A stretch of DNA of 64,000 bases from Centroscyllium fabricii (GCA_051313645.2 JBNRSN020000009.1:160332001-160396000), one strand, 5' to 3'; counted from the first letter of the stretch, positions 47,324 through 61,089 are shown. The notes: generated from the letters alone by a model not told the origin. Numbers and translations are program-made.

Positions 47324-47909
47324 AGGCCCTGTCACACCTAGACGTTTTAGCCAGCGTATGCAAATTTGGCTAAAACGCTGAACTTTTGACTTTTTTTCAG
47401 TTTTGGGCGTATAATAGCGTATTCATAACGTATGCATAACGTATTAGTAACGTACACAGAACGTATCGATAACTTACAGATAACTTATACCAACGAATGC
47501 TTAGCGTGTTGTCGGCGTTCACAACTTATGCCCAACGATAGTCTAACGTATGCATAGCGCGCGGCAGCGTATCGCCGACGTTTTAGATAAATTTTGATAC
47601 GTTGGCATCAAATCGTCAAGGTGTGACAGGGCATGACAGGGGCACAGGTAAAGTGTGTTCAACGTTCGCCTAACGTGCCTACAACGTATGGCCAGCGTAT
47701 GCGGAACGTGTGAATCATACGCAGGATACGTCGAGATTTTTTGTGCATGCTCAAAAAATCTCGACTTACTCGAAGTACAACGACGTATGCAACTTATGCC
47801 CAGCGTATGCCCAGCGTATGCATAACGTACCCATAACGTATCCGACGTAACCCAGCGTTTTAGCCAAATTTGCATACGCTGGCTAAAACGTCTAGGTGTG
47901 ACAGGGCCT
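47324..47909. mobile_element. Non-autonomous Harbinger-type MITE
   Basis: Perfect 57-bp TIR AGGCCCTGTCACACCTAGACG...; 3-bp TSD TGA; interior rich in (A/G)CGTAT motifs. Confidence 0.92.
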
Positions 47910-48424
47910 TGAGACCATTGTTTGAACAGCCTCCAGTGGTCCCTTTAAGGATCGCTGGTTAGGCCGCTCGATACCTGGTAGGACCAGACGGAATGTGCGC
48001 AGTGCAGAGCCTGCCCATTTGTGCCTGAATTTCACCGTCAGGGTCCAACAGCTGACGTAGGAACCCAATTTGCATATTTAAAGGAGCCTCAGGCCTGCTT
48101 CAGGAGGGTGCTTACTAATGCGCATGGTCTGAGCTCCCGCGCGATGGGTGGCCGTTTAAGTGAGGTGCCGAAGAACTGCTGGGGTCATCTGGAGTCGGCA
48201 CTCTCAGGAAAGGAAGGGAGAAAATAAAGGTCAACAAGACCAACTTGTCCATCGGCCAGAAGCATATTGAAATATCGCAGAAACACGAGGCCAACACCAA
48301 AAAAGTCAGAACCAAGGCCCACTGGGATGGCATCAAAGTGGGAGGAGCTTGGCAGCAAGGTCAACATGGATAGGCAAAGATCTATTAATGGATTAAGAAA
48401 TTTAATTACTAGCATAGATAATGG

Positions 48425-48635
48425 TAAATCACTGGGTTGGGAGTGAGTGGTTGAATTGGTGAATCACTGGACTAGGAGTGTGCGGTTGAATTGGTGAATC
48501 ACTGGGCTAGGAGCGTGCGGTTGAATTGGTGAATCACTGGACTAGGAGCGTGCGGTTGAATTGGTGAATCACTGGACTAGGAGCGTGCGGTTAAATTGGT
48601 GAATCACTGGGCTGGGTGTGAATGGTTGAATTGGT
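48425..48635. repeat. Minisatellite, 35-bp unit (ttgaattggtgaatcactggactaggagcgtgcgg)
   Basis: About 6 tandem copies. Confidence 0.88.
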
Positions 48636-48669
48636 GACAGGTGACCGGAAGCTCAGGGTCACCCTTGCG

Positions 48670-49460
48670 GTCTCCTCTACATTGGGGAGACCAAACCCAG
48701 ATTGGGCGACCGCTTTGCGGAACACCTCCGTTCAGTCCGCAAGGGTGACCCTGAGCTTCCGACCGCCTGTCACTTTAATTCTCCGCTTCACACCCACTCT
48801 GATCTCTCTGTCCTTGGCCTATTACATTGTTCCACAGAAGCTCAGCGTAAACATAGAAACATAGAAACTAGGAGCAGGAGTAGGCCATTCGGCCCTTCGA
48901 GCCTGCTCCGCCATTCAATGAGATCGTGGCAGATCATCCAAACCCAGTATCCCGCCCCTGCCCTCTCCCCATATCCCTCGATCCCTATCGAGCCTGCATC
49001 AACACATATCCCACCCTATCCCCGATAAACTCGAGGAACAACACCTCATCTTCCGATTCGGCACTTTACAGCCTTCCGGACTCAATATCGAGTTCAACAA
49101 TTTCAGAACATAACCCTTTACATTTTTATCTCTTTTTTACATTATCCACACCTTTTGCCTCGGCCCTCCCCCGCCCCCTCCCCTTTTTTTCTCTCTCCCA
49201 CACGGCAGCTGTCTCCTATTCAGCCAGCGCATTTCACACCTAATCTCGAGCTGTCTTCTGTCCTATTACCACCTCGTCTCGTTTTGAATAACGCTCATTG
49301 TCTCTTCTTGTCCCTTTGTTCCCTCACAGCCCTCTTCTGTCCTTCTTGCCAGTTTCATTTCAGTCTTGATAAAGGGTCCCGACCCGAAACGTTGACTCTT
49401 GTTTCTCTCATCACGGATGTTGCCTGAACTGCTGAGTTTTTCCAGCATTTTCTGTTATTA
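48670..49460 (+). mobile_element. Penelope GIY-YIG 3' end plus pLTR, interrupted by a SINE fragment (48853-49025, minus strand, TAAAC duplicated)
   Basis: LYIGETKPRLGDRFAEHLRSV...HFNS...QRK|LEEQHLIFRFGTLQPSGLNIEF. Confidence 0.88.
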
Positions 49461-49967
49461 GCCAAATATTAGTGTTGCATAAATCATAGCCTCTGGGCCA
49501 TCTCGAACCCAAGACACTGAGCACAATTGTAGTGACAGAGACTGCACAATAAAGGGACATATGTGTGGGGAGCGTAGCTTTATTTTGAAAAGAATCTGCT
49601 CGGAAATGTCTTGAAAGATCATAAAACCAAGAGAGTTCAGAAGGAAATGAGTGGGAAAAGCTCAACATCTACACAATCCTTAGCCAACACTGCAGCTTGA
49701 GTGACGTGAAGAGCGATCGGAGTTTGTTAATAGCTAACGAAAGCCAGTTCTGACCAAAGGTCATCTTCCTGAAACGTTAACTCTGTTTCTCTCTCCACCG
49801 ATGCTGCCTAACCTGCTGAGTATCTCCAGCGTTTTCTGTTTTTATTTCAGATTTCCAGCATCTGCAGTACTGTATTTTCTTTTTGTATTTGTAAATAGCT
49901 GCATTACTTTATAATCTACTGATGCCGAGGAAGGAGATTAAGCATCGCAAAGTTGTTTAGCGACAAT

Positions 49968-50732
49968 GGCCCAGAAATTCGAGTCCCCACGGGTGAGTAC
50001 GCGCTGGGACTCACCCGTAGGCCCATCTGAAGTGCCAGTTTCGGGCATGCACAGCGCATGCACGTGAAACCGGCACTTCCGATCCCCTGACAGAAGGGGT
50101 CAGGGGTCGGAACGTGTGCGCGTGTGGCAGCGCGTGCGCAGTGCACTTGCGATTTTTAACATTTTTAACAGGTCTGTGTGCAGGTAAGTATGGAGAAAGT
50201 TACGTCTGCTTTTTTCAAGCGCAAAGACCCCCTTTCAGCAGGTAAGTGGTGATTTAATTCAATTTAAAAATCAATTTCCACAGGTTTTTTATTTTTAAAT
50301 ACTTTAAAGAAAGGTCAGTTGATTTTTAGCCCCGTTAAAAACTTTAATTATTTTTTTCAAAATTTTAAATTTTTGTTTAAAATAGATAATTTATGTAATT
50401 GATAAGTTATTTTAAAAAATGTGATTTAATTTTTTTTTTAAGGTTTAATGAAGTTTTGGGGCTTGTAGTATTCATAAGTTTGACGGGCCTTCCTGTCAAA
50501 CATATGAATGGAGCATTCGGTGCTCCGATTGGCTCCCCGTGGCCCACGTGATCCCGAGCGAAGCCTCGCACTATCTTCGCCGCTGGGATCCGGGAGCACG
50601 GCGCACCGGCAGTTCAGGAAGGCCGCGCATCGGGATTCCATGCGGGGGCACAGCTCAACGGCCGGCGCAGTAGGTTAAGTGCAGGTTGGAGGCTTGCACT
50701 CGCGGGAAGCCTCCGACCCGAATTTCTGGGCC
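49968..50732. mobile_element. GGCCCAGAAATT-ended MITE
   Basis: AAT|GGCCCAGAAATTCG...CGAATTTCTGGGCC|ATT; GC-rich arms around an AT-rich core. Confidence 0.82.
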
Positions 50733-51707
50733 ATTAATATTACGGTCCTGGTGTAGCTCAGTGATGAGAGGTAGGTCACGGCACCCCTCGTCTGTGATTT
50801 CATTTCTCTCCTTTTTGTCGAATGCCACAGCAAGCCCGGCACGTCGGGGCAGCTCTCCGCCTCTGGCATCTCCTCTGTGCAAGCCACCATCTCCGTGAAA
50901 ACAGCCAGCGTCTTTGGGAGTGTAACAGGATTCCAGCCAATCGCATTCGATGATCCACAGCTATACAGCAGGGTTTTGGCCGTTTAGAATTTCAGGTTAA
51001 TCAGCTTTCACTGAATGTGACTCCTGGCTAACCCCTGTGAAAGCAGTAACCCCTTTCATCTGCCATTTTCCCAGTACCCTTTTTTATAGTAAAATGATCA
51101 GGTTTAGCAGAGATGGACAAGGGTAAGTAAAAATGCATTAAAACTGCACTTGTACAGGAGCATCTCGGAGCGGGCTCGAGGGGCGGTATGGCCCACTCCT
51201 GCTCCTATTTCTTCGGTTCCTGGCTGAAAATCTCAAAAAACATTTTCGCACAAAGAATTAATTTGGCCTGCCAAAAAGGCAAACGACCGGCTCGCCTTCC
51301 GATTGGCCGTGAGAAGGCAGTGTGTGGCGAGGGGTACGGGGGCATTGGGCGATCAATGGCGGGAGTGTGGGGGCGGAACAGTTGGAGGAATAGGTCATGT
51401 GAGGATACCTCCAGGAAGAGGTCCAATCTACTCCGACAGTGCACCACTTCCTCCGTACTAGAAACATAGAAGATAGAAACATAGAAGATAGGAGCAGGAG
51501 TAGGCCATTCGGCCCCTCGAGCCTGCTCCGCCATTCGATGAGATCATGGCTGATCATCCAAATTCAGTACCCCGTCCCTGCCTTCTCCCCATATCCCTTG
51601 ATACCTTTAGCTCTAAGAACTATATCTAACTCCTTCTTGAATATATTTAATGGCTTGTCCTCAACTGCATTCTGTGGTAGATAATTCCACAGGTTCACCA
51701 CTCTCTG

Positions 51708-52080
51708 GGACGACATGGTGGCGCAGCGGTTAGCACTGCTGCCTCGTAATAAGGAGCTCCTGGGTTCGAATCCTGCTTGGCCTGGGACCCCTGTGGTGGA
51801 GTTTGCATGTTCTCCCCGTGTTCATGTGGGTTTCCTCCGGGTACTCCGGTTTCCTCCCACCACCCAAAGACATGCAAGTTAGGTGAATTGGAGATACTAA
51901 AAATTGCCCATGAGTATGTGTGTGAGATATAGTTCTTAGAGTTGGGGGTGTTGGGGGATATAGGGAGAGGGTAGGAGGGGGGTGCTGGGTTTAGATGATC
52001 AGCCATGATCTCATCAAAATGGCGGAGCAGGCTCGAAGGGCCGAATGGCCTACCACTGCTCCTATCTTCTGTGTTTCTGT
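51708..52080 (+). mobile_element. V-SINE subtype 2 inside CR1
   Basis: Same body as the 1548 and 31263 copies. Confidence 0.9.
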
Positions 52081-52237
52081 GGGTGAAGAAATTCTTCCTT
52101 ATCTTTGTCCTGAATGGCCTACCCCTTATCCTTAGACTGTGCCCCCTGGTTCTGGACTCTCCGACCATCGGGACCATTCTTCCTGCATCTAGTTTGTCCA
52201 GACCTGTCAGAATTTTATAAGTTTCGATAAGACCCCT

Positions 52238-52483
52238 TGTGGCGGCACGCCCACTGGGACATCGAATCCGCCACGGGAACTCCGCAGAGCAAAGCCCCGC
52301 TCATCCGGGTGACACGACGACGTCACCACGTCTGCCGACGCGATGACGTCACCAACCGCGGGACTGTTTAAATATGCCTGTTGCGAGTGGTTCACTCTCT
52401 TTCTTGTTTAGGTCTAGAGTATTAAAGCTGTGTTTTCTCTAGCTCTGGATCACGTGTGGTTCGTAGGCCTTGACGGCGCTACA
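52238..52483 (+). mobile_element. Solo LTR of the Gypsy family at 1852-5441
   Basis: Reverse complement of the 246-bp LTR with several substitutions; flanks CCCT/CCCC. Confidence 0.93.
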
Positions 52484-53187
52484 CCCCGCTCATTCTTCTA
52501 AATTCCAGCAAGTATAAGCCTAATCGACCCAATCTCTCCTCATACGTCATTCCTGCCATCCCAGGTATCAGCCTTGTGAACCTTCGCTGAACTCCTTCTA
52601 TGGCAAGAACATCCTTCCTCAGATAAGGCGACCAAAACAGCACACAGTACTCAAGGTGTGGTCTCACCAAGGCTCTGTACAACTGCAGCAGGGCATCCTT
52701 GTTCCTGTACTCGAACCCTTTCGCTATGAAGGCCAACATACCATTTGCCTTCTTCACTGCCTGCTGCACCTGCATGCTTACCTTCAACAACTGGTGCACA
52801 AGAACACCCAGGTCTCGTTGCACTTCCCCGTCTCCCAATTTATTTCCATTCAGATAATAATCTGCCTTTCTGTTTTTGACACCAAAGTGGATAACCTCGC
52901 ATTTATCCACGTTATATTACATCTGCCATGCTTCTGCCCAATCACCCAACCTGTCCAAATCACCCTGGAGTTTCTCGGTATCCTCCTCGCAGCACACATG
53001 CCCACCTAACTTTGTGTCGTCTGTAAACCTGGAGATATTACATCTAGTTCCCTTATCTAGATCATTAATGTATATTGTGAATAGCTGGGGTCCAAGGACC
53101 GATGCCTGCGGTACCCCACTAGTCACTACCTGCCACTCGGAAAAAGACCCGTTAATTCCAAATAAGCCCAATCGACCCAATCTCTCT

Positions 53188-53675
53188 TAAGAACATAAGA
53201 AGTAGGAGTCGGCCACACGGCCCTTGGGCCTGCTCCGCCATTCAATAGGATCATGGCTGATCTGAACTTAGACTCACGTCCACTTCCCTGTCCACTCCTC
53301 GTAACCCCTTATTCTCTTATCAGCTAGGAAACTATCTCCGTTTTAAATTTATTTAATGTCACAGCTTCCACAGCTCTCTGAGGTAGCAAATTCCACAGAT
53401 TTACTACCCTCTGAGTGAAGAAGGTTCTCCTCATCTCAGTTTTGAAAGGGCAGCCCCTTATTCTCAGATTATGCCCCCTAGTTCTAGTCTCACCCATCAG
53501 TGGAAACATCCTCACCGTATCCACCCGATCAAGCCCCCTCACAATCTTATATGTTTCGATAAGATCGCCTCTCATTCTTCTGAATTCCAATGAGTAGAGG
53601 TCCAACCTACTCAACCTTTCCTCATAAGTCAACCCCCTCATCTCCGGAATCAACCGAGTGAACCTTCTCTGAACC
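53188..53675 (-). mobile_element. CR1 3' fragment
   Basis: ORF 53324-53653. Confidence 0.85.
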
Positions 53676-54339
53676 TCTCCTCATACGTTAGCCTAGATTA
53701 TGTGCTTAAGCCTTGACGCTGGGCTTGAAGCCAAAACCTTATGACCCAGGGGCTATGATTTCAGCAAAGCTAATATTTGGCTGTTAAACTCTATACCCAT
53801 GTCGTACAGCACAGACATACTAACACACAAGGCCTGCTTACGTGAAGCTGACAATGTCATCAACCAAATCGGCCTGATAGACAGAATAAATAATTAAGCT
53901 CCCTTACTGACTGGTTGATTCTTCCTTCGACTTTCGCCCTTCCTCTCTCGACTCTCGCTGGGGCACAGGACCCCCAGTGCCAGCTGTCCTTGATGAAAGG
54001 TTGGACATGTTCCTGAAGGTTTCATAATGTGACCTCGCACTTCTAACCACCCCCCGCCCACTCAAGCAGACTTTTTCCCCATCTTTTTATAACTGATAAA
54101 TAAAGTGCTCAATGGGCCTACTGACAGAATCATCTTCTGGATGTTATGATGATCTGGAATGCGCTGCCTGAGAGGACAGTGGAAGCAGATTCAATAGTAA
54201 CTTTTAAATGGGAATTGGATAAATACTTGAAAAAGAAAAAATGTGCAGGGCTCTGGGGAACGAGCAGGGGGGTGGGACTAATTGGAGAGCCCAAAGAGTC
54301 GCCACAGGCACGATGCACAGAATGGCCTCCTGTGCTTCC

Positions 54340-56360
54340 ACCCTACGTAAACTTCAGCTCATCCAAAACTCGGCTGCCCGTGTCCCAACTCACACCCAGT
54401 CCTGTTCACCCATCACCCCCTGTGCTCACTGGCTTGTGTCCTAACTCGCACCCAGTCCCGTTCACCCCTCACCCCGTGCTCACTGCCCCGTGTCCCAACT
54501 CACACCCAGTCCTGTTCACCCATCACCCCCTGTGCTCACTGCCCTGTGTCCTAACTCGCACCCAGTCCCGTTCACCCCTCACCCCGTGCTCACTGCCCCG
54601 TGTCCCAACTCACACCCAGTCCTGTTCACCCATCACCCCCTGTGCTCACTGCCCTGTGTCCTAACTCGCACCAAGTCCCGTTCACCCCTCACCCCGTGCT
54701 CACTGCCCCGTGTCCTAACTCGCACCGAGTCCTGTTCACCCCTCACCCCGTGCTCACTGCCCCGTGTCCTCACTGTCCCATGTCCTAACTCGCACCCAGT
54801 CCCGTTCACCTCTCACCCCGTGCTCACTGCCCTGTGTCCTAACTCGCACCGAGTCCCATTCACCCATCACCCCGTGCTCACTGCCCCGTGTCCTCACTGT
54901 CCCGTGTCCTAACTCGCAACCAGTCCCGTTCACCCCTCACCCCGTGCTCACTGCCCCGTGTCCCAACTCACACCCAGTCCTGTTCACCCATCACCCCCTG
55001 TGCTCACTGCCCTGTGTCCTAACTCGCACCGAGTCCCGTTCACCCATCACCCCCTGTGCTCATTGCCCCGTGTCCTCACTGTCCCGTGTCCTAACTCGCA
55101 CCCAGTCCCGTTCACCCCTCACCCCGTGCTCACTGCCCCGTGTCCCAACTCGCACCAAGTCCCGTTCACCCCTCACCCCCTGTGCTCACTGCCCCGTGTC
55201 CTAACTTGCACCCAGTCCCGTTCACCCCTCACCCCCTGTGCTCACTGCCCCGTGTCCTAACTTGCACCCAGTCCCGTTCACCCCTCACCCCCTGTGCTCA
55301 CTGCCCCATGTCCTAACTCGCACCCAGTCCCATTCACCCCTCAACCCCGTGCTCACTGCCCCGTGTCCTAACTCGCACCCAGTCCCGTTCACCCATCACC
55401 CTGTGCTCACTGCCCCATGTCCTAACTCACACCGAGTTCCGTTCACCCATCACCCCCTGTGCCCACTGCCCCGTGTCCTAACTCGCACCCAGTCCCGTTC
55501 ACCCCTCACCCCGTGCTCACTGCCCCGTGTCCTAACTAGCACCAAGTCCCGTTCACCCATCACCCCCTGTGCTCACTGCCCCGTGTCCTAACTCGCACCA
55601 AGTCCCGTTCACCCATCACCCCCTGTGCTCACTGCCCCGTGTCCTAACTCGCACCAAGTCCCGTTCACCCATCACCCCCTGTGCTCAGTGCCCCGTGTCC
55701 TAACTCACACCGAGTTCCGTTCACCCATCACCCCCTGTGCTCACTGCCCCGTGTCCTAACTCGCACCAAGTCCCGTTCACCCATCACCCACTGTGCTCAG
55801 TGCCCCATGTCCTAACTAGCACCAAGTCCCGTTCACCCATCACCCCCTGTGCTCACTGCCCCGTGTCCTAACTCGCACCCAGTCCCGTTTACCCATCAAC
55901 CCTGTGCTCACTGACTGACATTGGCTCCTGACAAAGCAACGCCTGAATTTTAAAATTCTCATCCTTCTTTTCAAATTCTACCATGGCCTCCCCCCTCCCC
56001 ATCTCTGTAACCTCCGCCAGCCCCACAGCGCACTCTACCCCACCCCCGAGATATCTGCGCTCCTCTAATTCTGGCCTCTTGAGCATCCCTGATTATAATT
56101 GCTCAACCTTTGGTGGCCATGCCTTCTGTTGCCTAGGCCCTAAGCTCTGGAATTCCCTGCCTAAACCTCTCCGCCTCGCTACCTCTCTTTCTTCCTTTAA
56201 GATGCTCCTTAAAACCCACCTCTTGGACCAAGCTTTTGGTCACCTGCCCTAATTTCTCCTTATGTGGCTTGGTGTCAAATTTTATTTTATAACACTCCTG
56301 TGAAGGTTCTCGGGACATTGTACTACGATAATGGCACTATATAAATACACGTTGTTGTTG
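54340..56360 (+). mobile_element. L2-clade LINE 3' part with an internally amplified segment
   Basis: LRKLQLIQNSAARV before the array; ...LRSSNSGLL...GPKLWNSLP...FKMLLKTHL after it. Confidence 0.85.
54375..55912. repeat. Minisatellite, about 54-56-bp unit derived from L2 ORF2 (RVLTRTKSRSPITP)
   Basis: About 28 tandem copies of ctgccccgtgtcctaactcgcacccagtcccgttcacccatcaccccctgtgctca. Confidence 0.92.
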
Positions 56361-57202
56361 CTGTCTGATTCTATGATCTGGGGGTCCCACTCACTGAGTT
56401 TAGATCTTCCGCTATCGAAGCTCAGTAAAGTGGGAGATCAACAAAATCTGGAAATCTCAGTCACCTGGAGGCCGACAAGCAAATCCTCACAACACGTTTA
56501 AGATTCCTGGGATTCATTCACAGGCAAACTCTGGCAGTCCGTTTGGATCCAAATATAGAAAAAGAAGCATGTTAATAAAGATTGAGATGCTCGTCATTAA
56601 AGAAACTGCTCTCTGCGTAGCGGACTGCTAGAATGACAAAGCTTTTTGAAAACCACTTTCGAGGTTTTGAACAACCTGGCTTGGATGTCAACCCTATTTT
56701 TCTCCTGCGCTGAGGATGATGATTCACACCCACTTCAGGCCACTCTTCCATGAGACATCTCCCACCCCCAGGCCAAGGCCACCTCCAAAATGGGAATTTT
56801 ACGCCCCTGACTGCAAGCAGAGCAAAGTACTCTGCAAGACACAGCTCACGGCAACATGCTGCTGTTGCGTAAAGGGAGCTTCACTACAGCGAGGTTGCGA
56901 GCCCTGGGAATGGGGATTTTCTATCCCACCCTCCCACTGGCACAGGGCAGTGCTACAACCTGCCTGCGATGGAGTTTTCGGATGAGTTGAGATTTGGGTT
57001 CGAACGTGTGAAAGAAAGAAAGGTTCCATTTGTAGACCCCTCTCCCCTTTCCCTGTACCTTCTGGTTTACATTCAAAATTCTGGATTGACGTTTCCAAAT
57101 GCCACACAAGTGCAAGGGTTAGAAAGAAAGATTTTCATTTATACAGCTCTTTATCGCATCTCTCAAAAATGGCCTCAAGTGCTTTACATACAATGAATTA
57201 CA

Positions 57203-57823
57203 ATGAGTACAGGAACAAAGATGTCTTGCTGCAGTTGTACAGGGCCTTGGTGGGACCACATCTTGAGTATTATGTGCAGTTTTGGTCGCCTTATCTGAGG
57301 AAGGATGTTCTTGTCATGGAGGAAGTGCAGCGAAGATTCACCAGACTGATACCTGGGATGGCAGGAATGACGTATGAGGAGAGATTGGGGCGATTGGGCT
57401 TATACGCGCTGGAGTTTAGAAGAATGAGAAGGGATCTCATTGAAACTTATAAATTTCTAACAGGCCTAGACAGACTAGATGCAGGAAGGATGTTCCTGAT
57501 GGCCAGGGAGTCCAGAACCAGGGGTCATAGTCTAAGGATAAGGGTTAAGCCAATTAGGACACAGATGAGGAGGAATTTCTTCACCCAGAGAGTGGTGAAC
57601 CTGTGGAATTCTCCACCACAGAATGCAGTGGAGGCCAAGTCATTAAATATATTCAAGAAGGAGTTGGATATATTTCTTAAGGCTAAAGGGATCAAGGGAT
57701 ATGGGGAGAAGGCATGGACAGGGTACTGAATTTGGAAGATCAGCCATGATCTCATTGAATGGCGGAGCAGGCTCGAGGGGCCGAATGGTCGGCTCCTGCT
57801 CCTATCATCTATGTTTCTATGTT
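57203..57823 (+). mobile_element. CR1/HER1 3' fragment
   Basis: ORF 57169-57729 plus tail. Confidence 0.92.
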
Positions 57824-58524
57824 TAAGTGCTGCGACAGTTGTTATGTAGCTGAATGGAGCAGCTATTTTGTCCACAGCAGCAATGATATGAACGATTAGT
57901 TGATTTGTTTTTGATGCTGCTGTTTGATGGAGGAATGGTTGCCAGGAGACTGGGAGAACTCCCTGCTGCACTTTGGTGGAATTCACGGCACTCACCACAA
58001 TCACAGCCAGGGGAAAAAAAATACCAGAGACAATGTTGCGAACGTGTGCCCGCCAATTTCTGATATGCACCCGCGGTGGGCGAGGTTCTGCGCCAACAGT
58101 TCGTCTTCGAAAAATCGACGCAATAAAGTCCTCACAGTCAGCAGAGGGCAAACGATCAAGAGAGCGGTTCTGAGTCTACCCTGCAAGCACGAGCCAGTTA
58201 AAGTTACCAGAGCAGTTAATCTATCGCATTAAACTCAGCTGCTTATTGGCCTAAAATAAATAGAGAACTGTCGGGTCAGGAACTATCTACTTAAAAACCT
58301 CATTGAACAATATCAATAGAGGTGTTCAACATCGTGAAGGGTTTTGATTGAGTAAATAAAGAGAAACGGTTTCCAGTGGCGGGAGGGTCGGTAACCAGAG
58401 GACACAGATTGAAGGGAATTGGCAAAAGAACCAGAGGGGGAGATGAGGAAAAGTTTTTTTTTTAAACACAGCGAGTTGTTGTGATCTGGAATGCGCTGCC
58501 TGAAAAGGGGGTGAAAGCAGATTA

Positions 58525-59195
58525 GAAACATAGAAGATAGGAGCAGGAGTAGGCCATTCGGCCCCTCGAGCCTGCTCCGCCATTCGATGAGATCATGGCT
58601 GATCATCCAAACTCAGTACCCCGTACCTGCCTTCCCCCCATATCCCTTGATCCCTTTAGCCTTAAGAAATATATCCAACTCCTTCTTGAATATATTTAAT
58701 GGATTGGCCTCAACTACATTCTGTGGTAGAGAATTCCACAGGTTCACCACTCTCTGGGTGAAGAAATTCCTCCTCATCTCGGTCCTGAATGGCCTACCCC
58801 TTACTTAGACTGTGACCCCTGGTTCTGGACTCTCCGACCATCGGGAACATTCTTCCTGCGTCTAGTTCGTCCAGAACTGTCAGAATTTTATAAGTTTCAA
58901 TGAGATCCCCTCTCAATCTTCTAAACTCCAGCGAGTATAAGCCCAGTCGACCCAATCTCTCCTCATAGGTCATTCCTGCCATCCCAGGTATCAGCTTTGT
59001 GAATCTTCGCTGAACTCCTTCCATGGCAAGAACATCCTTCCTCAGATAAGGCGACCAAAACTGCACACAATACTCAAGATGTGGTCTCACCAAGGCCCTG
59101 TACAGCTGCAGCAAGACATCCTTGTTCCTGCACTCAAACCCTTTCGCTACAAAGGCCAACATACCATTTGCCTTCTTCACCACCTGCTGCACCTG
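58525..59195 (-). mobile_element. CR1/HER1 3' fragment
   Basis: ORF 58794-59192 plus tail. Confidence 0.92.
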
Positions 59196-59294
59196 TATCT
59201 AGAAAGTCACAATGTCATCAAGTTCAATAGTAACTTTCAAATGGGAAATCAGATAAATACTTGAAGAGAAGAAAACTGCAGGACTCCGTGGAAA

Positions 59295-60070
59295 GGGCGG
59301 CATGGTGGCATAGTGGTTAGCACTGTTGCCTCACAGCACTGGCGACCCGGGTTCAAATCCAGCCTCGGGTACTATCTGTGTGGAGTTTGCACATTCTCCC
59401 CGTGTCTGCGTGGGTTTCCTCCGGGTGCTCCGGTTTCCTCCCATAGTCCAAAGATGTGCGGGTTAGGTTGATTGGCCAGGATAAATTGACCCTTAGTGTT
59501 AGGCAGATTGAATATGTGGGGGTACGGGGATAGGGTGGGATATGTGTTGGTGCAGGCTCGATAGGGATCGAGGGATATGGGGAGAGGGCAGGGGCGGGGT
59601 GCTGTGTTTGGATGATCAGCCATGATCTCATTGAATGGCGGAGCAGGCTCGAAGGGCCGAATGGCCTACTCCTGCTCCTATCTTCTATGTTTCTATGTTG
59701 CCTCACAGCGCTGAGGGCCCGAGTTCAAATCCGGCCTCGGGTGACTATCTGTGTGGAGTTTGCACATTCTCCCCGTGTCTGCGTGGGTTTCCTCCGGGTG
59801 CTCCGGTTTCCTCCCACAGTCCAAAGATGTGCGGGTTAGGTTGATTGGCCAGGATAAATTGACCCTTAGTGTTAGGGGGATTGAATATGTGGGGTTACGG
59901 GGATAGGGTGGGATATGTGTCGGTGCAGGCTCAATAGGGATCGAGGGATATGGGGACAAGGCAGTGACAGGGTACTGGGTTTGGATGATCAGCCATGATC
60001 TCATTGAATGGCGGAGCAGGCTCGAAGGGCCGAATGGCCTACTCCTGCTCCTATCTTTTGTTTCTGTGTC
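59295..60070 (+). mobile_element. Head-to-tail V-SINE dimer
   Basis: The second unit starts at 'tgttgcctcacag' (about 59696) directly after the first tail. Confidence 0.88.
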
Positions 60071-60339
60071 TAGGTGTGTGGCCAGAGTTATCACGACCGC
60101 CAATGCGCAGTGCGACAGGACAAGCACGTGGGAAACCGTTCATGCCTGGGAAAGTAGTTTACGATTCCCAGACTCTGATAAAAGGAGCGTAAATCACCGT
60201 GTTATTAACTTACCTCGAAAGGCCCTTATACCATCACGGAACTAATCGCAGAATGATACAGCACAGAAGGAGGCCATATGGCCCATTGTGCCTGTGCTGG
60301 CTCTTTGCAAGAGCTCCTCAATTAGTCTCACTCCCCCAC

Positions 60340-60605
60340 TGTGATGAACCTTTTGGGGTGGTTCACACTGTACAGTTATTGTATATAGTTTTGTTTAATG
60401 TGTTTGTTATATATCTGTTAATATCTGTACCTTTCTGTAAGGACCTGTACCGGCTGACCCCACCTCTGGGTACTAGTATAAAGGAGAATGCTCCGCCCAC
60501 TTATCTCTCATTCCGGGCAGGCTCATCGGGGACACGGTTCAGTTCCTTGTGAATAAAAGCCACTTATTTAAGAACTCGCTGCCGTCTTTGATTTGAGGCA
60601 TCTCA
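60340..60605 (+). mobile_element. Solo LTR (family L-a)
   Basis: TG...CA ends; 5-bp TSD CCCAC. Confidence 0.92.
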
Positions 60606-60620
60606 CCCACCCTGCTCTTT

Positions 60621-60905
60621 CATAGAAACATAGAAACTAGGAGCAGGAGTAGGCCATTCGGCCCTTCGAGCCTGCTCCGCCATTCAATGAGATCATGGCT
60701 GATCATCCAAACTCAGCACCCCCCTCCTACCCTCTCCCCATATCCCCCGACACCCCCAACTCTAAGAACTATATCTCACACACATACGCATGGGCAATTT
60801 TTTTTTAGTATCTCCAATTCACCTAACCTGCATGTCTTTGGGTGGTGGGAGGAAACCGGAGTACCCGGAGGAAACCCACATGGACACGGGGAGAACATGC
60901 AAACG
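60621..60905 (-). mobile_element. 5'-truncated V-SINE subtype 2
   Basis: Reverse tail plus subtype-2 body. Confidence 0.85.
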
Positions 60906-61089
60906 CCACATGTCATGATGTTATTTTCCCATCAAGACGCAGGGCCATGCCAAGTGGCTCAGTGCACGTAGAGGGCCAACAGGGCGAGGTCAAGGTTCGC
61001 CTGCAGATCGAGAGATCTGCACCAAAAACCAGGTGCGCCTCCGTTAAAATTGCTGCCTTCACATAGAAACATAGAAACTAGGAGCAGGA

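Larger units (their letters stand above)
51460..53160 (-). mobile_element. CR1/HER1 LINE 3' half (RT) with a nested SINE and solo LTR
   Basis: SGVPQASVLGPQLFTIYINDL...FTDDTK...; tail at 51460. Confidence 0.92.

Noticed and set aside
48210-48415. Possible Myb/SANT relic (KWEELGSKVN)
   Set aside because: The similarity is too short to support without a profile search.
50800-50990. Possible host exon after a pyrimidine tract and AG
   Set aside because: No recognisable protein, no clear donor before the stop, and no partner exons.
54146-55591. Cys/Pro/His-rich repetitive ORFs
   Set aside because: Translations of the L2-derived minisatellite.
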